Virus record (IMG/VR): IMGVR_UViG_3300015360_000036
Span: 9,769-73,768 of that record
Source: a virus
Strand: one strand, 5' to 3'
Length of the DNA: 64,000 nucleotides
The notes beneath the pieces were generated by a model. It made no database searches. It was not told where the DNA came from and was given only the letters and a program-made list of their open reading frames with translations. Numbering within the stretch: position 1 is the first letter of the stretch; the number at the start of each line of letters is the position of its first letter. This document shows positions 47,305 to 58,600 of the stretch, one piece after another. Position numbers and translations under genes: made by a program.

Positions 47305-50271
47305 ATGACAGCACAAAAGAAGTCTAAATCCGAACAATATTTAGAAAATAGGTCTACAGTTCCACAAGTAAGCGCATTAATGGCGCAAGGCGTATCGCAT
47401 GTTCGTAGGGATGGTATATCAAACGAAGTCGATCAAGGCTTATTCAGAGATGGCTCTGGACCAACAGTCAAAGATAACGGATTAACAAGCAATTCAAATG
47501 TTTTGGCTTCTGTAGGTATCAAGAAAACTGCACAAGTTGTAAGCGGTGGAGGCTATAGGGGCGCTGGTGATACTGTTAAACAGGCACCAGAAGTCTATTC
47601 ACCATTATGGTTAAACAGTAACTTAAACTTACCTCGTGATAGAGCTACCATCAATGCCTGGTGTCGTAGCTTTTATGCTTTAAACCCATTTGTACATAAC
47701 GCTATTAACTTACATAGTACTTATCCAATAAGTAAGTTAAACATTAAATGCGCAAATAAAGATATAGAGAAGTTTTTCAATGATATGATTGAAGAAATTG
47801 ATCTAATGAACATTTGCGTACAGATAGCACAAGAATATTGGCTACTAGGAGAATCATTCGTTTACGGAGAGCTTGATGAAAGTAAAGGTAAATGGAGTAG
47901 ACTATTAATTCAAAATCCTGATTATATGATTGTTAAACGTACTGTAGTGGCTAATGAGCCTATAATAATGTTACGTCCAGATGAAAATCTAAAAACAATT
48001 GTAAAATCGAATAAACCAGCCGATATTGAACAACGTAAACAATTAAATCAGCACATTATTGATTCAGTTAAGCGTGGCGAAAATATTCCATTAGATAACT
48101 TTCACGTCTCACATCTTGCTCGCAGAATCAGTCCTTACGAAATTAGAGGGACTGGTCTTCCTGTATGTATTTTTAGACAATTAATGCTCTTTGACAAGCT
48201 CCGCGAATGTTATTCGACTGATTGCGAGGTTCTAACAGATAGTGGGTTTAAGACAATAGATCAATTAGTTCATAAGACAACCTCTATTTCAATCAACCCT
48301 AACTATGTTAATGGTATTGAATTAGATGAGGACGGTCAAGTATCATCTGTTCTTACTATGAAGGAAGATTTTAAAGTAGCTTGTGTAAATCAAGAAACAA
48401 ATGAGATAGAGTATCATAAGCCAATTGAATTACATATGTCGAAATATAATGGCAAAATGCTACATTTCGAAGGTAAAAAAATTGATACACTTGTTACACC
48501 AAATCATAAGATGTGGACTAAAGAGCAAACAAATGGTAAGTGGGGAGAAATGAAAAAAATTCCCGCCTCTAAAATGTTAGAAAAGAAAAAATATTGGAAA
48601 TTTAATTCCAAATCAAAATATGTTTCAAATGACCATCCTGAAACAATTAGTGTTTTTGGATTTGATGTACCATCAGAATTATATATGAAAATTTTAGGAT
48701 ATGTAGTTTCGGAAGGTTGTATATATGAAAATTTTGAAAATGGCAGATATGATACAAAAATTTTATTAAATCAACTTACATCAAGTGATTGTTTTGATGA
48801 TATGAAGTCATCTTTTGAAGAATTTGCTAAAAGTTTAAACAAAAAAGCTACTTCTTATATTTCTACAAAAGGTTCTGGATATTCTAAAAATACTCCAAAG
48901 GAAAAATGGGAAAGCTGTATTCATGGGAAAGATTTAACACAATATTTTAAAAATGAAATTGGTGTTAATGGCTCAACTATATCTCATGATAAACATTTGC
49001 CACGCTGGGTATTAAATTTATCACCCAATCTTCTAAAAATACTTTTAAATTCTTTATTGTTAGTTGATGGTTCAGAGTCTACAAGCAAATATGGGACTGA
49101 TTCAAAATCTTTTAAGTATTCTACAATATCAAAACAATTGGCAAACGATGTCTATGAGTTAGTTTATAAATGTGGATATGTTCCAAATTTATGCGTATCT
49201 ACTGCTAAAAAATCAGATGGTAGAATGGTGACAGAATATATTGTATTATGGTCATCAACTGATTATGGTAATGAGCCATTGGTTTATACTGGTACAAAAA
49301 ATGGGGGTGGTGCCTCTGTTAAAGAAATAGATTATGATGGTGTAGTATGGTGTTTTGAAGTACCTACTGGTTTATTTATTACTAGAAGAAATGGCAAGAT
49401 TTCTATTAATGGAAATAGTAAATATGCTCAGGCAGATAACATGATCAATCCTCTTACATTAGTAAAGATTGGTACTGAAGGAGCAGATGGTCAACATCCA
49501 GGGTTTGCTGATCTTGAAGCTTGGAGAGCTGTATTCGAAGAAGCTCAATATGATAAAGATTTCAAAATCTTTACTCATCCAGGCGTAACCGTTGAAAGAG
49601 TAGGTTATGGTGCTGGTATCTATGACATTTCAGGTGATATTACTCAAATCATCAAAGAAATTTATGTAGGTTTACAAGTACCATCTGCATTGATGGATGG
49701 TGGAGCTGATACTACCTATGCTAATGCTGGTGTAGCTTTGGACGTATTACGTCAACGTTATATGCAATTCAGAAATATGATGTCAACTTGGTTAAAGAGA
49801 AAAGTTTTTGCACCAATTTCTAAGATCCAAGGCTTTTATGATTATTCTGGTGGTGAGAAACAATTAATTGTGCCAGACATTGACTGGAATCATATGGCTT
49901 TGTTTGATGCTGGTGACTATATTACAAATCTAGTGGCATTAACACAGGGTGAAGATGGTGCCAAAAGAGCTTCACTTCATACACTATATAGATCTATGGG
50001 TCTTGAGTTTGAAGATGAAGTTAGAAAGATGCGTAAGGAAACCATTCAATTAGCTATTGGCGCTAAGGAAAAGATTGCATTGGCATCTATGGATCTTAAT
50101 GCGCTTCGTGCTCTTGATGAAGATGATGAAATTCCAGAGCCAAAAGCGAATGCAGAGGGTGGAGCAGGAGGCTCGCCACCAGTTCCTGGTGAAGCACCAC
50201 CAGGCGGTGAACCAGCATTACCTGGATTGGATATGGGTCTATCACCAGATGGACCTCCACCAGCACCTTAA
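47305..50271 (+). CDS. Portal protein containing an intein
   Basis: Follows terL; portal-like NPFVHNAI, EYWLLGESF, RGTG, EIYVGLQVP; Pro/Gly-rich tail. Confidence 0.8.
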   Translation: MTAQKKSKSEQYLENRSTVPQVSALMAQGVSHVRRDGISNEVDQGLFRDGSGPTVKDNGLTSNSNVLASVGIKKTAQVVSGGGYRGAGDTVKQAPEVYSPLWLNSNLNLPRDRATINAWCRSFYALNPFVHNAINLHSTYPISKLNIKCANKDIEKFFNDMIEEIDLMNICVQIAQEYWLLGESFVYGELDESKGKWSRLLIQNPDYMIVKRTVVANEPIIMLRPDENLKTIVKSNKPADIEQRKQLNQHIIDSVKRGENIPLDNFHVSHLARRISPYEIRGTGLPVCIFRQLMLFDKLRECYSTDCEVLTDSGFKTIDQLVHKTTSISINPNYVNGIELDEDGQVSSVLTMKEDFKVACVNQETNEIEYHKPIELHMSKYNGKMLHFEGKKIDTLVTPNHKMWTKEQTNGKWGEMKKIPASKMLEKKKYWKFNSKSKYVSNDHPETISVFGFDVPSELYMKILGYVVSEGCIYENFENGRYDTKILLNQLTSSDCFDDMKSSFEEFAKSLNKKATSYISTKGSGYSKNTPKEKWESCIHGKDLTQYFKNEIGVNGSTISHDKHLPRWVLNLSPNLLKILLNSLLLVDGSESTSKYGTDSKSFKYSTISKQLANDVYELVYKCGYVPNLCVSTAKKSDGRMVTEYIVLWSSTDYGNEPLVYTGTKNGGGASVKEIDYDGVVWCFEVPTGLFITRRNGKISINGNSKYAQADNMINPLTLVKIGTEGADGQHPGFADLEAWRAVFEEAQYDKDFKIFTHPGVTVERVGYGAGIYDISGDITQIIKEIYVGLQVPSALMDGGADTTYANAGVALDVLRQRYMQFRNMMSTWLKRKVFAPISKIQGFYDYSGGEKQLIVPDIDWNHMALFDAGDYITNLVALTQGEDGAKRASLHTLYRSMGLEFEDEVRKMRKETIQLAIGAKEKIALASMDLNALRALDEDDEIPEPKANAEGGAGGSPPVPGEAPPGGEPALPGLDMGLSPDGPPPAP
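48208..49416 (+). mobile_element. Intein (403 aa) with LAGLIDADG endonuclease in portal
   Basis: LRE|CYSTDCEVLT...VTPNHKM...LGYVVSEG...LLLVDGS...VWCFEVPTGLFITRRNGKISINGN|S. Confidence 0.9.
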
Positions 50272-50345
50272 TATACTTAGAATCAATTAGTATTTATGTA
50301 TAATCTTGTATTGTTTACGAATTGAATATAAGTGAAGGGTTTACT

Positions 50346-51689
50346 ATGGAAAAATACGCTCAAAGAAATATTGGAGATAGAGCATCTGGCTTTATAAATA
50401 AAATTAAAGAGAAAACTAATATTGGAGGCATTGCTTCTGAAAATCTTTTTAATCCAAAATTCACAAAAATTATGAATACTCTTAGGGATGATGTAGATGA
50501 TCCTATTAGAGCTATTTTATTTGGTGAAAAAATTAATGAAGCTTCTCCTCCAGAAGGATTAGTTGGCGCCAAAACTTATCTAAGGAATGCCAAAGAGAAT
50601 CTTGCAAAAAAGGAGTATATGAATACTCTTGGAAATATTGGCAAGTTTCATAAAAGCATGGAATTAATTACCAAGCGCTTATTATCTTTTAAAGGTAATG
50701 TTGATGATATTCATGAAGAATTCATTCAAAAAGATGTTGTTGATGATACTAAAGACGAGATAAGAAGATTGCAAGATCGTTATCTAAAAAGAAAACAACA
50801 AAAAGCAGCATCAGATAGAAATTCACTAATGACTAAACGAGCTGGTATTATGGAGTTCTTAATAGGTAAAGAAAGAGGTATGGCTACTTGGGAGAAGTTA
50901 TATCCAAAACAATTCAAAAGACTTAGAGAAGATTTAGGTGTTCTATTAAAAGAATCTAATTCCTTATTTAATTTGACATTATCTAATCTTAAAGATATGG
51001 CTGGATTTAGAGGTGCTAGAAAAGTTGGTGATTACATTACTTCTGGCGAAGTAATTGTCAAAGCTTATAATACATATGATACAAAGTTTGATACTTTGTT
51101 TGATACTCATAATGCATTGTTAGGTAAGATTAGCAGAAGTGTCCCTAAACCTGATGGTATTCCACCAACAGTAGATATGGTATCTGTGCCAGGTGATGCT
51201 CATCGATATGGTATTCCACCAACAGTAGATATGGTATATGTGCCAGGTGATGCTCATCAATTTAGTGGACCAAACACTTCTCCAATGGCTTCCAGTCCAG
51301 TGACAATTAATCAACCACCTGCAAGTGGCGCACATAATATTGGAGATAGACCAACAAGATTAAGCCCAGTAGTAGGTCCAGATGGTAAACCAAAAAGTGC
51401 GCCTCCACCAGTTTCAGTTGTAACGTTACAACCAACGATTCCAGATCTAGGACCATTACCAAGTTTTCGTGATCCAACTTCAGTTCCTGATAATGCTAAG
51501 GTTCGTTTGGTTCCAAATTCAGTTCCAGTTTTGGGTCATAGGAAATTTATTGAATCATTGGAATCAATGAGTGGTGAACATCCATTGATTTTAGCTAAAT
51601 TTATTTCTAAGTATGCTACATCGATACAAGGAAATGATCCAGATTCAGCAATTAAGCTATTTAAAATGGCAAAAAGCATTAGGGGTTAA
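50346..51689 (+). CDS. Putative virion protein with Pro-rich region
   Basis: MEKYAQ start; tandem repeat inside. Confidence 0.6.
   Translation: MEKYAQRNIGDRASGFINKIKEKTNIGGIASENLFNPKFTKIMNTLRDDVDDPIRAILFGEKINEASPPEGLVGAKTYLRNAKENLAKKEYMNTLGNIGKFHKSMELITKRLLSFKGNVDDIHEEFIQKDVVDDTKDEIRRLQDRYLKRKQQKAASDRNSLMTKRAGIMEFLIGKERGMATWEKLYPKQFKRLREDLGVLLKESNSLFNLTLSNLKDMAGFRGARKVGDYITSGEVIVKAYNTYDTKFDTLFDTHNALLGKISRSVPKPDGIPPTVDMVSVPGDAHRYGIPPTVDMVYVPGDAHQFSGPNTSPMASSPVTINQPPASGAHNIGDRPTRLSPVVGPDGKPKSAPPPVSVVTLQPTIPDLGPLPSFRDPTSVPDNAKVRLVPNSVPVLGHRKFIESLESMSGEHPLILAKFISKYATSIQGNDPDSAIKLFKMAKSIRG
51154..51258 (+). repeat. 54-bp-period in-frame tandem repeat
   Basis: GIPPTVDMV(S/Y)VPGDAH twice. Confidence 0.9.
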
Positions 51690-51691
51690 TC

Positions 51692-52969
51692 ATGCCTAAT
51701 TTGACGCCTAACTTTTACGATAAGTTAGTTAAGATTACCTCTGAATTAGGTATGAAGCCTGAAGATTTACTTAATGTAATGGCTTTAGAATCTGGATTGA
51801 ACCCAGCAGCCCATAATAAAAATGGAAATGCTTCTGGGTTAGTCCAGTTTATGCCAAGTACATTAAAAGGAATGGGCTATAAAGGTTCTCATGATGAATT
51901 TAGAGGTTTATCTGGTGAAGATCAACTTGACTATGTAAAAAGACTTATTCAAGGCAATATGAAATTCAATGGTGGACCATTTACATCAGCTCCACAATAC
52001 TATGTTGCTAATTTTTGGCCAGTTGGTCTTAAATTGCCTGGAATTAAAGCGGGTGATGATGCCGCAGTAATTGTTGAAAAAAATCCTGAATCAGTAACTG
52101 CCATGAGTAAGGATAAAAAGAATCCAGGCGAAGTTCAGTATTCAAAAAAATATATGGATGTTGGATTTAGAATATCTGTTAAGTCAGAAATAGCTGCTTA
52201 TAATGCTAATCCTGGTTTAGATACTGACAAAGATGGTAAGATAACATTTGCTGATTTGAAAGTAGTTTTAAAAAGAGCTACAGGTGGAAAGAATTATCTA
52301 GCTGCTTTGGAAGCAATGAAAAATGCAACTGGATATGAAGCAAAACCACAGGAACAAGTTGCAAGCAATGTGCGCAGTGTAAATACACAACCTGATAATG
52401 TACGTGATATAAGTACTGCTCCCAATAAACCATCAGATCCAGGCAAATCCTGGTATAACCTACATGATAACCATAGTGATGGATTTAAAGGACTTATGAT
52501 GCCAAACTCTACGGCTCCATCAGAAAATTATAATATTGATACTATATTAAATTCATATGTATCACAAATAGCTGCATCAGAAAAAGTTAACAGAAGTCTT
52601 TACAATAAATTCCTACCAAAACAAAAATATTTAATACAAATACAGGCTTCAAATTATACTAATGCAGTAGAAGCTTCTAGAGTATTATCTGCTGCATTAG
52701 AGGAAGACTTACTGGCAACATCAACTGTATATACAAATGGTAATGAAGTTGAAATTGAATCTTCCATTCCTGGTCCAAGTAAGGAATGTTTTGCCGCATT
52801 AGTTGGAATTACGGAATCATTTGAAGATGCATTTAAAATTGCAACAAAAAAAATAGGTGAAGTATCTATAAGTACTAATATCATTGTTAACGCCAAATCA
52901 TCATATCCAGAAATAACGTTAAAAACCGCTGAAATTCAGCACAATAAATTTTTACTAAAATTTGTATAA
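51692..52969 (+). CDS. Lytic transglycosylase (SLT-like) domain protein
   Basis: VMALESGLNPAAHN..ASGLVQFM; YNANPGLDTDKDGKIT. Confidence 0.82.
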   Translation: MPNLTPNFYDKLVKITSELGMKPEDLLNVMALESGLNPAAHNKNGNASGLVQFMPSTLKGMGYKGSHDEFRGLSGEDQLDYVKRLIQGNMKFNGGPFTSAPQYYVANFWPVGLKLPGIKAGDDAAVIVEKNPESVTAMSKDKKNPGEVQYSKKYMDVGFRISVKSEIAAYNANPGLDTDKDGKITFADLKVVLKRATGGKNYLAALEAMKNATGYEAKPQEQVASNVRSVNTQPDNVRDISTAPNKPSDPGKSWYNLHDNHSDGFKGLMMPNSTAPSENYNIDTILNSYVSQIAASEKVNRSLYNKFLPKQKYLIQIQASNYTNAVEASRVLSAALEEDLLATSTVYTNGNEVEIESSIPGPSKECFAALVGITESFEDAFKIATKKIGEVSISTNIIVNAKSSYPEITLKTAEIQHNKFLLKFV

Positions 52970-52977
52970 GGAATACC

Positions 52978-53361
52978 ATGGTAACCGAAAAAGAAGTCAT
53001 TGATGTAGTTGCTAGTTCTCAGGGATCTGGAAAAACATTTGCAGAATTTATAGCTGAAGTATTTAAAGGTAAATTCGTAGAAATATATGTAGGCGATTCT
53101 TATGAGGATATTAGTACTGAACAAGTATCAATGTCATATCCTGCAACATTTTGTGGTAAAGTGATTTCTGCCTATAAAGAATGCTTAGTAATAAGCTGTG
53201 CTTTTTCTGGAGTTAATAGACCTACACAAATGGGTAAATTGTTATTCATAAGTGAAAGAGCTATTAGAGCTATGACAGAAGTAGATGAAAAGGGCGTTTT
53301 TGAAGATACTATGTTAAGAAGTAAAGATAGCTTATCCGTTAAAAAATCTTTTGGAGAATAA
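52978..53361 (+). CDS. Hypothetical protein
   Basis: ORF with AGGA SD. Confidence 0.6.
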   Translation: MVTEKEVIDVVASSQGSGKTFAEFIAEVFKGKFVEIYVGDSYEDISTEQVSMSYPATFCGKVISAYKECLVISCAFSGVNRPTQMGKLLFISERAIRAMTEVDEKGVFEDTMLRSKDSLSVKKSFGE

Positions 53362-53975
53362 TGAATTCTATTGATGAACTATTGCTAATAACCGAAGCAT
53401 TTGAAAAACAATGCAATGGTAGCCTTGTATCTTTAGCATTTGCTAAAGAAAAGAAGGAAGAATCAGTAATAGATTTATCTAAGGCTGATGACTTTACGTA
53501 TTCAGCTATGATGCGTCAAATAAGAAAGAAGACTTCCAAGGAACAAACTAAAGAGTTTTTAAGGTTATTTAAAGATTATTTTGATATAACTATCAAAGCA
53601 GGAATTCAGCAACCTGAAAAAATAGCATTAAAGAAAGCATTGGATGAATTTGGCAAAAAATATAAACTTAAGTTAGACGATGAACTAATTAAGAATGCGG
53701 CGGTAACTGAATTAGGTAATCCAGTTCTTGTTGGAAAGTATTTATCTGATATTATTAGATTTACGCTCAATAGAATATCTCCTGAAAGAAGACCTAAATC
53801 AATTAATACAGTAAAACAAAAAATATATGCTTTGAATGAAAATGAAATTTCAACAAAGAATTTACCAGCATCTTCATCTATGGGGCAATCAATAACATTC
53901 GTTAAGACAATTCTATTTAATCATAATGCTAAATATATTAGAAGTGTCATAAATAATATAGTGAGAAACCTATGA
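53361..53975 (+). CDS. Hypothetical protein, head block
   Basis: Coupled ORF. Confidence 0.6.
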   Translation: MNSIDELLLITEAFEKQCNGSLVSLAFAKEKKEESVIDLSKADDFTYSAMMRQIRKKTSKEQTKEFLRLFKDYFDITIKAGIQQPEKIALKKALDEFGKKYKLKLDDELIKNAAVTELGNPVLVGKYLSDIIRFTLNRISPERRPKSINTVKQKIYALNENEISTKNLPASSSMGQSITFVKTILFNHNAKYIRSVINNIVRNL

Positions 53976-54721
53976 TACTTAGATTTAATGTTATTACATC
54001 AGGTCTTTATAGGGGGAGTGCTCCAAAGCCACAAGATGTAGTTGTTTTGCATGATAAGTACGATATAAAAAAAATAGTAAGTCTTGATCAAGCTTCGGGA
54101 GACAATATCAGTAAAGCTTGTAAAATGCTGGGTATTAAACAGGTAATGTTACCATTAGTTTTTAGTAAGGCATCATTGCTTGAATTGCTTTCTTATGATT
54201 TGAAAGATTTACTTATTAGTGGTGGACCAACGTTTGTACATTGTTATGCTGGTAAGGACAGGACTGGATTAGTTACTGCATTATTTAAATGTAAATATAT
54301 GGGTAAAGATCCAGAAGTTGCGATTAAAGAGGCTAAATCATTAGGGTTTGGTGTTGGGGTTGATCCAGAGATTGTATTATTATATGAGAAAGTAATACGT
54401 TCTTGTAAGCCGTCTAAAGATGTTAATAGTGCTGATATAGTTTCAAATGTTAGGGATGATGATAATTCATATTTGGCAGAAACTGGCAGAGGTTCTTTCG
54501 CTCCATATTTAGATGGCACCAAACAATATCCTTATGATTCCGTTTATAATTGGGTTAGTGAGGAATCTCCTAATAGAGAAAATTATTCTTCTTACAAGTC
54601 AATAACAGAACATGATAAAGAGGAAGAAGATTCTGTGCCTTTGGTCGGTCTTTACAATGGCGATTCAAGTGGAAGAGGCTCTGGACCAACAGGAAACTTC
54701 GGTGGATTCATAAATGATTAA
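53972..54721 (+). CDS. Cys-dependent protein tyrosine/dual-specificity phosphatase
   Basis: LYRGSAP, IVSL, VHCYAGKDRTG (CX5R P-loop). Confidence 0.88.
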   Translation: MILRFNVITSGLYRGSAPKPQDVVVLHDKYDIKKIVSLDQASGDNISKACKMLGIKQVMLPLVFSKASLLELLSYDLKDLLISGGPTFVHCYAGKDRTGLVTALFKCKYMGKDPEVAIKEAKSLGFGVGVDPEIVLLYEKVIRSCKPSKDVNSADIVSNVRDDDNSYLAETGRGSFAPYLDGTKQYPYDSVYNWVSEESPNRENYSSYKSITEHDKEEEDSVPLVGLYNGDSSGRGSGPTGNFGGFIND

Positions 54722-55367
54722 AAAAGCATACGTAATACAAATGTCATACGATGTCTCTGATGAAGAAAAAAGTCAGGGAGAGCTTGCCATTTCTTGTTTC
54801 AACGATGCTTTAAAGCTTTTGAACAAAGCTTCTGATCATCTTAACATAATGAAAACGCCATTTAAAAATAGTCCAGATATGGATACTGAATCTGTTATGG
54901 CAGCCAGGGCTGCCATTAGAAGATTTAGGGATAAAGCTGTAGAAAATTTCAACGCATTTAAAAAATCATCATTCAAATGTGTAAATATAATGCGCAATTT
55001 CGGTTCAGATACACAAACTGTTAAACTTATGAAGTCGTTTATATCTTCAATAGATATTGTAGAAATCAGAGTAAATGAATTTGTTGGCTTGATTGATGAT
55101 TTAGAATCAAAAGAATTTGCAAAAGATGTGGTAAAGGCTCTTGAAAGTATACAAGAGGAATGTGATGATCTTAAAGAGATCATTGATGATAGAATTAAGA
55201 ATCATATTCAATCAAACATACTAGCTCGTAGTTGGGTAGACTCTGTTAGCAATGAATTACAAATGAAAATGGAGCAAAAAACTCCTCTCATTATGGAATT
55301 GTTTGATAAAAGACAAGATCAACTAAACGACGCTATCAAAGATAAATCGCAAAATGGTACCAAATAA
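54714..55367 (+). CDS. Hypothetical helical protein
   Basis: Coupled ORF. Confidence 0.6.
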   Translation: MIKKAYVIQMSYDVSDEEKSQGELAISCFNDALKLLNKASDHLNIMKTPFKNSPDMDTESVMAARAAIRRFRDKAVENFNAFKKSSFKCVNIMRNFGSDTQTVKLMKSFISSIDIVEIRVNEFVGLIDDLESKEFAKDVVKALESIQEECDDLKEIIDDRIKNHIQSNILARSWVDSVSNELQMKMEQKTPLIMELFDKRQDQLNDAIKDKSQNGTK

Positions 55368-55493
55368 TCATACAAGCTAGGAATATTGCTGTATGATTAT
55401 GAAGTTTCTGCTAAATCTAGAAATTTTTGTAGCAATAACTAATTATATATTGTGAACCTATTGCGAACATCCTCTAAAATTTGGAGAATATAG

Positions 55494-55646
55494 ATGTTTA
55501 TTAAGCACGGCGACGGCAAAATAGTAACTGTTCTTGAAGAAGAAGAGGTAACTGAAGAACAAAAGAAGACTGCAAAAGAAGTTATGAAGCAACTTGTAAA
55601 GCAAACAATACAAACTGATTCTGATATTAAGAAAACAGGGAGATAA
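55494..55646 (+). CDS. Small protein (50 aa), not in ORF track
   Basis: GGAG SD; MFIKHGDGKIVTVLEEEEV...KTGR; stop 2 nt before next ATG. Confidence 0.65.
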   Translation: MFIKHGDGKIVTVLEEEEVTEEQKKTAKEVMKQLVKQTIQTDSDIKKTGR

Positions 55647-55648
55647 TA

Positions 55649-58600
55649 ATGTTTATCAAACTAGGTGAATTAATAGAGATTACTAGAGTAGAGAATGCTG
55701 AAGCATATCGCGAAACTATTAGTGCTGAAGTATTGGAACAATTTAAAAAAACTGCTGGTAACTTAAAGCGTATTGCCCCTAAAGCTGAAGACTTTTTATA
55801 TTTCTCAGCCGTTATGATGCACGCTGCTGAATCATCTGCATTGAATGATGATGGCTCTTCAAAAGTTAATGGAAAAGGTGAAGTTGTTAAAGTTAGTTGG
55901 GATAAAACCAATAATACTATGCGTTGGGTTAGTAATGATCCCAATGTCAAGCCTTATAGAAATTCTAATGGTGATATATTCCCAGAAGAAGAATTAATTA
56001 AGGCTCATAAAAAATGGGTACATAAACCTCTTTGCATCGATCATAAGTCAAGTTCTGTAGATCATGTCAGAGGTTTTATTGTTGATACTGTTTATGATTC
56101 ACAATTGAAAAGAGTAATTGCTCTTTGCGCATTAGATAAACAAAACTATCCAGATCTTGCTAGAAAAGTTTCTACAGGATACTCTAATTGTGTATCAATG
56201 GGTACAGCAGTAGGTAGAGCTATTTGTTCTGATTGTGCTAGAGTTGCTAGAGCAGAAGCTGATTTTTGTAATTGTATGAAGAACAAAAGCTGCTATGGTG
56301 AAATCAACGTTGACTTAAATCCAATTGAATTATCAATCGTGGTTAATGGTGCCGATCAAAAAGCAAAAATTAAACATATCATCGCAGCCGCAAACACTCT
56401 AAGCACTTATATTGAACAAAAAGAACAAGAGTTTAAGAAATTAGCTGGTAAGAGATACAGCGCTTCTTTTAGCGTATCTGATGATACAACTGATTACTCT
56501 GATTCTAGTAGTGCTAATTTAGTCGTTAGCAAAACAGATCTAAGTGAGTTCAAAGATGCAATAAATGAAACGATGAAAACATTAGAAAATCTAAATTCTA
56601 AAGCCGAAGAAGAAAATTCTGGCAATGAAAAGACATCTAATGATAAGAGTGACTCTGATTCAGCAAATGATTCAGATGACCTTACGGTTAATTCTTCATT
56701 ACAATCTTCTGATAAAGTATCATCCACTTTAGATTCAGAAGAAGCCCTTGCTGAACTTCGTAGCATGACAGAAGCTATGGGAGCCAAGTTAAGTCACATG
56801 AAACAAAGTTTGGATAAGTTAGCTAATACTTCAAATAAACAAGAGGAAAATATGTCTGGATCAAAAGAAATTAACAAGAACGCTTATCACCAAGGCACTG
56901 AAGAACCAAAGCCTGGTCAACAACAATACACAGTTGATCCACTTAACCAAAAGCTTAGAACTGATGGTGATAAGCAAATGTCAGGTCAAATGGATACAGG
57001 TCCAGTCGATGGAATGCATCCTGGTCCAGATTCCACTTCAATGAGTGAAATGGAACGTAAAAAAATGTTAGCTCGCGCTACCGCAGAAGAGAGAGCCATG
57101 AAACGTACAGCAGTTGTCAATCTTGCAAAGAAGGCTTTGGAAGACAAGAAAGCCTATTACTTAAATGATTCAGGTACCAAAGAAAATCCAGGTACACCAA
57201 CCCCAGGCAAGCCAAAATATCCAGTAGATAAACTAGAAGCTGATCTTCGTGAAGATGGTGATAGGCACATGTTAGGTCAAAAACCTTTCCCAGGTGTCGG
57301 ATCTGTTGATGGATTACATCCAAGCCCAGCATCAGCAGATGTCGCTGATGAAAAGAAACGTAAGGAAATGCTTGCAAGAGCATCTCGTATAAGAGCAAGG
57401 TTCGTAAGAGCTAGCAAATTTGACGGTACTCAAGATATGGGTAGAAGTGCATGGGAAGTATTCATGGGCGACAAGCTATTATTGAACGCATCAGTTAATG
57501 AACTTTCTGGTAATCGTGCCGAAATGTTATTTGATAGCATTGCAACAAAAGAATTCGGATCAAAATTGATTGAAAAAATCAAGGTCCATGGAGCTGATAG
57601 AGTTCGTAGTTTAGTAAAGAGCGCTGCTCCTGGTGACGCCGCTCCTCCTGCTGACGCCGCTCCTCCTGCTGCGGCTCCTGCCGCTCCTGCTGCTGGCGCC
57701 GAAGGTCCAGAAGCTGGTGCAGAAGCTCCAGTTCTAGATGATGCTGGTAACTCGGGCGATCCAAAAGAAGCAATTAAAGAGCTAAGTGGTAAATTAACTG
57801 ATGTAGCATCAGATTTAACTGAAGCCGTAGTTCTAATGAATGGTGAGAAGGCTGAAATGGGTGATGTAGAAGCTCCATCAGCAGACGTACCAATGGGAAG
57901 CAGTGCATCTTTTAGCACATCTCATCTTAATTCTCTTAGAAAAGAAATTAACGGAGCATTAACTCACGCAATGAAAGAAGCAGTTGCTGAACTGAATGAT
58001 CATGCACAAGAATTAGAAATGATTAGTGGGTTATATGATAGGGGTATTGGCGACGCAAATGAAGAAATGGTTAATCCAATTTTTGAAGATGCTGTTCAAG
58101 AAGCCAAGACTGCCGTTGCAGATGGTTTTAAACTTATGACAGCTTTCGTCAAGTATGCTCGTGGAACCAAAGCAATCGTTAAGCGCGCCCAACTTGAAGA
58201 TGAACTACAAGCATTAGACTTAGGAGGAGATTCAATAGGTGGTGAAGAATTAGGCGGAACTGGTGATGCAGAATTAGATGCAATCATCGAAAGTGCAAAA
58301 TTAGACTCAGATCTAGAATCTGGTGACTCATTAGAATCACTTGAAGCAGATGATGATTATAATGACGCTCTAGATGTAACAGTTAATCCAGACCAAGCAA
58401 GAAATATTAGTAATATGGGTCTTCCAGAAGATGCCAAGGTTACAGTCGCAAGTTTTGATAGCAAAGCTGGACGTGCAGCACTTCGTGCAAAACTAGCTAC
58501 TGATACTCTAAAGATTAGCCCAATGTTAGGTGAAGCGCATCCAAAGGGTGGATTCACAACTGACCTAGATGTCAATCCATCAGGTGACCTTGCTAAGGTT

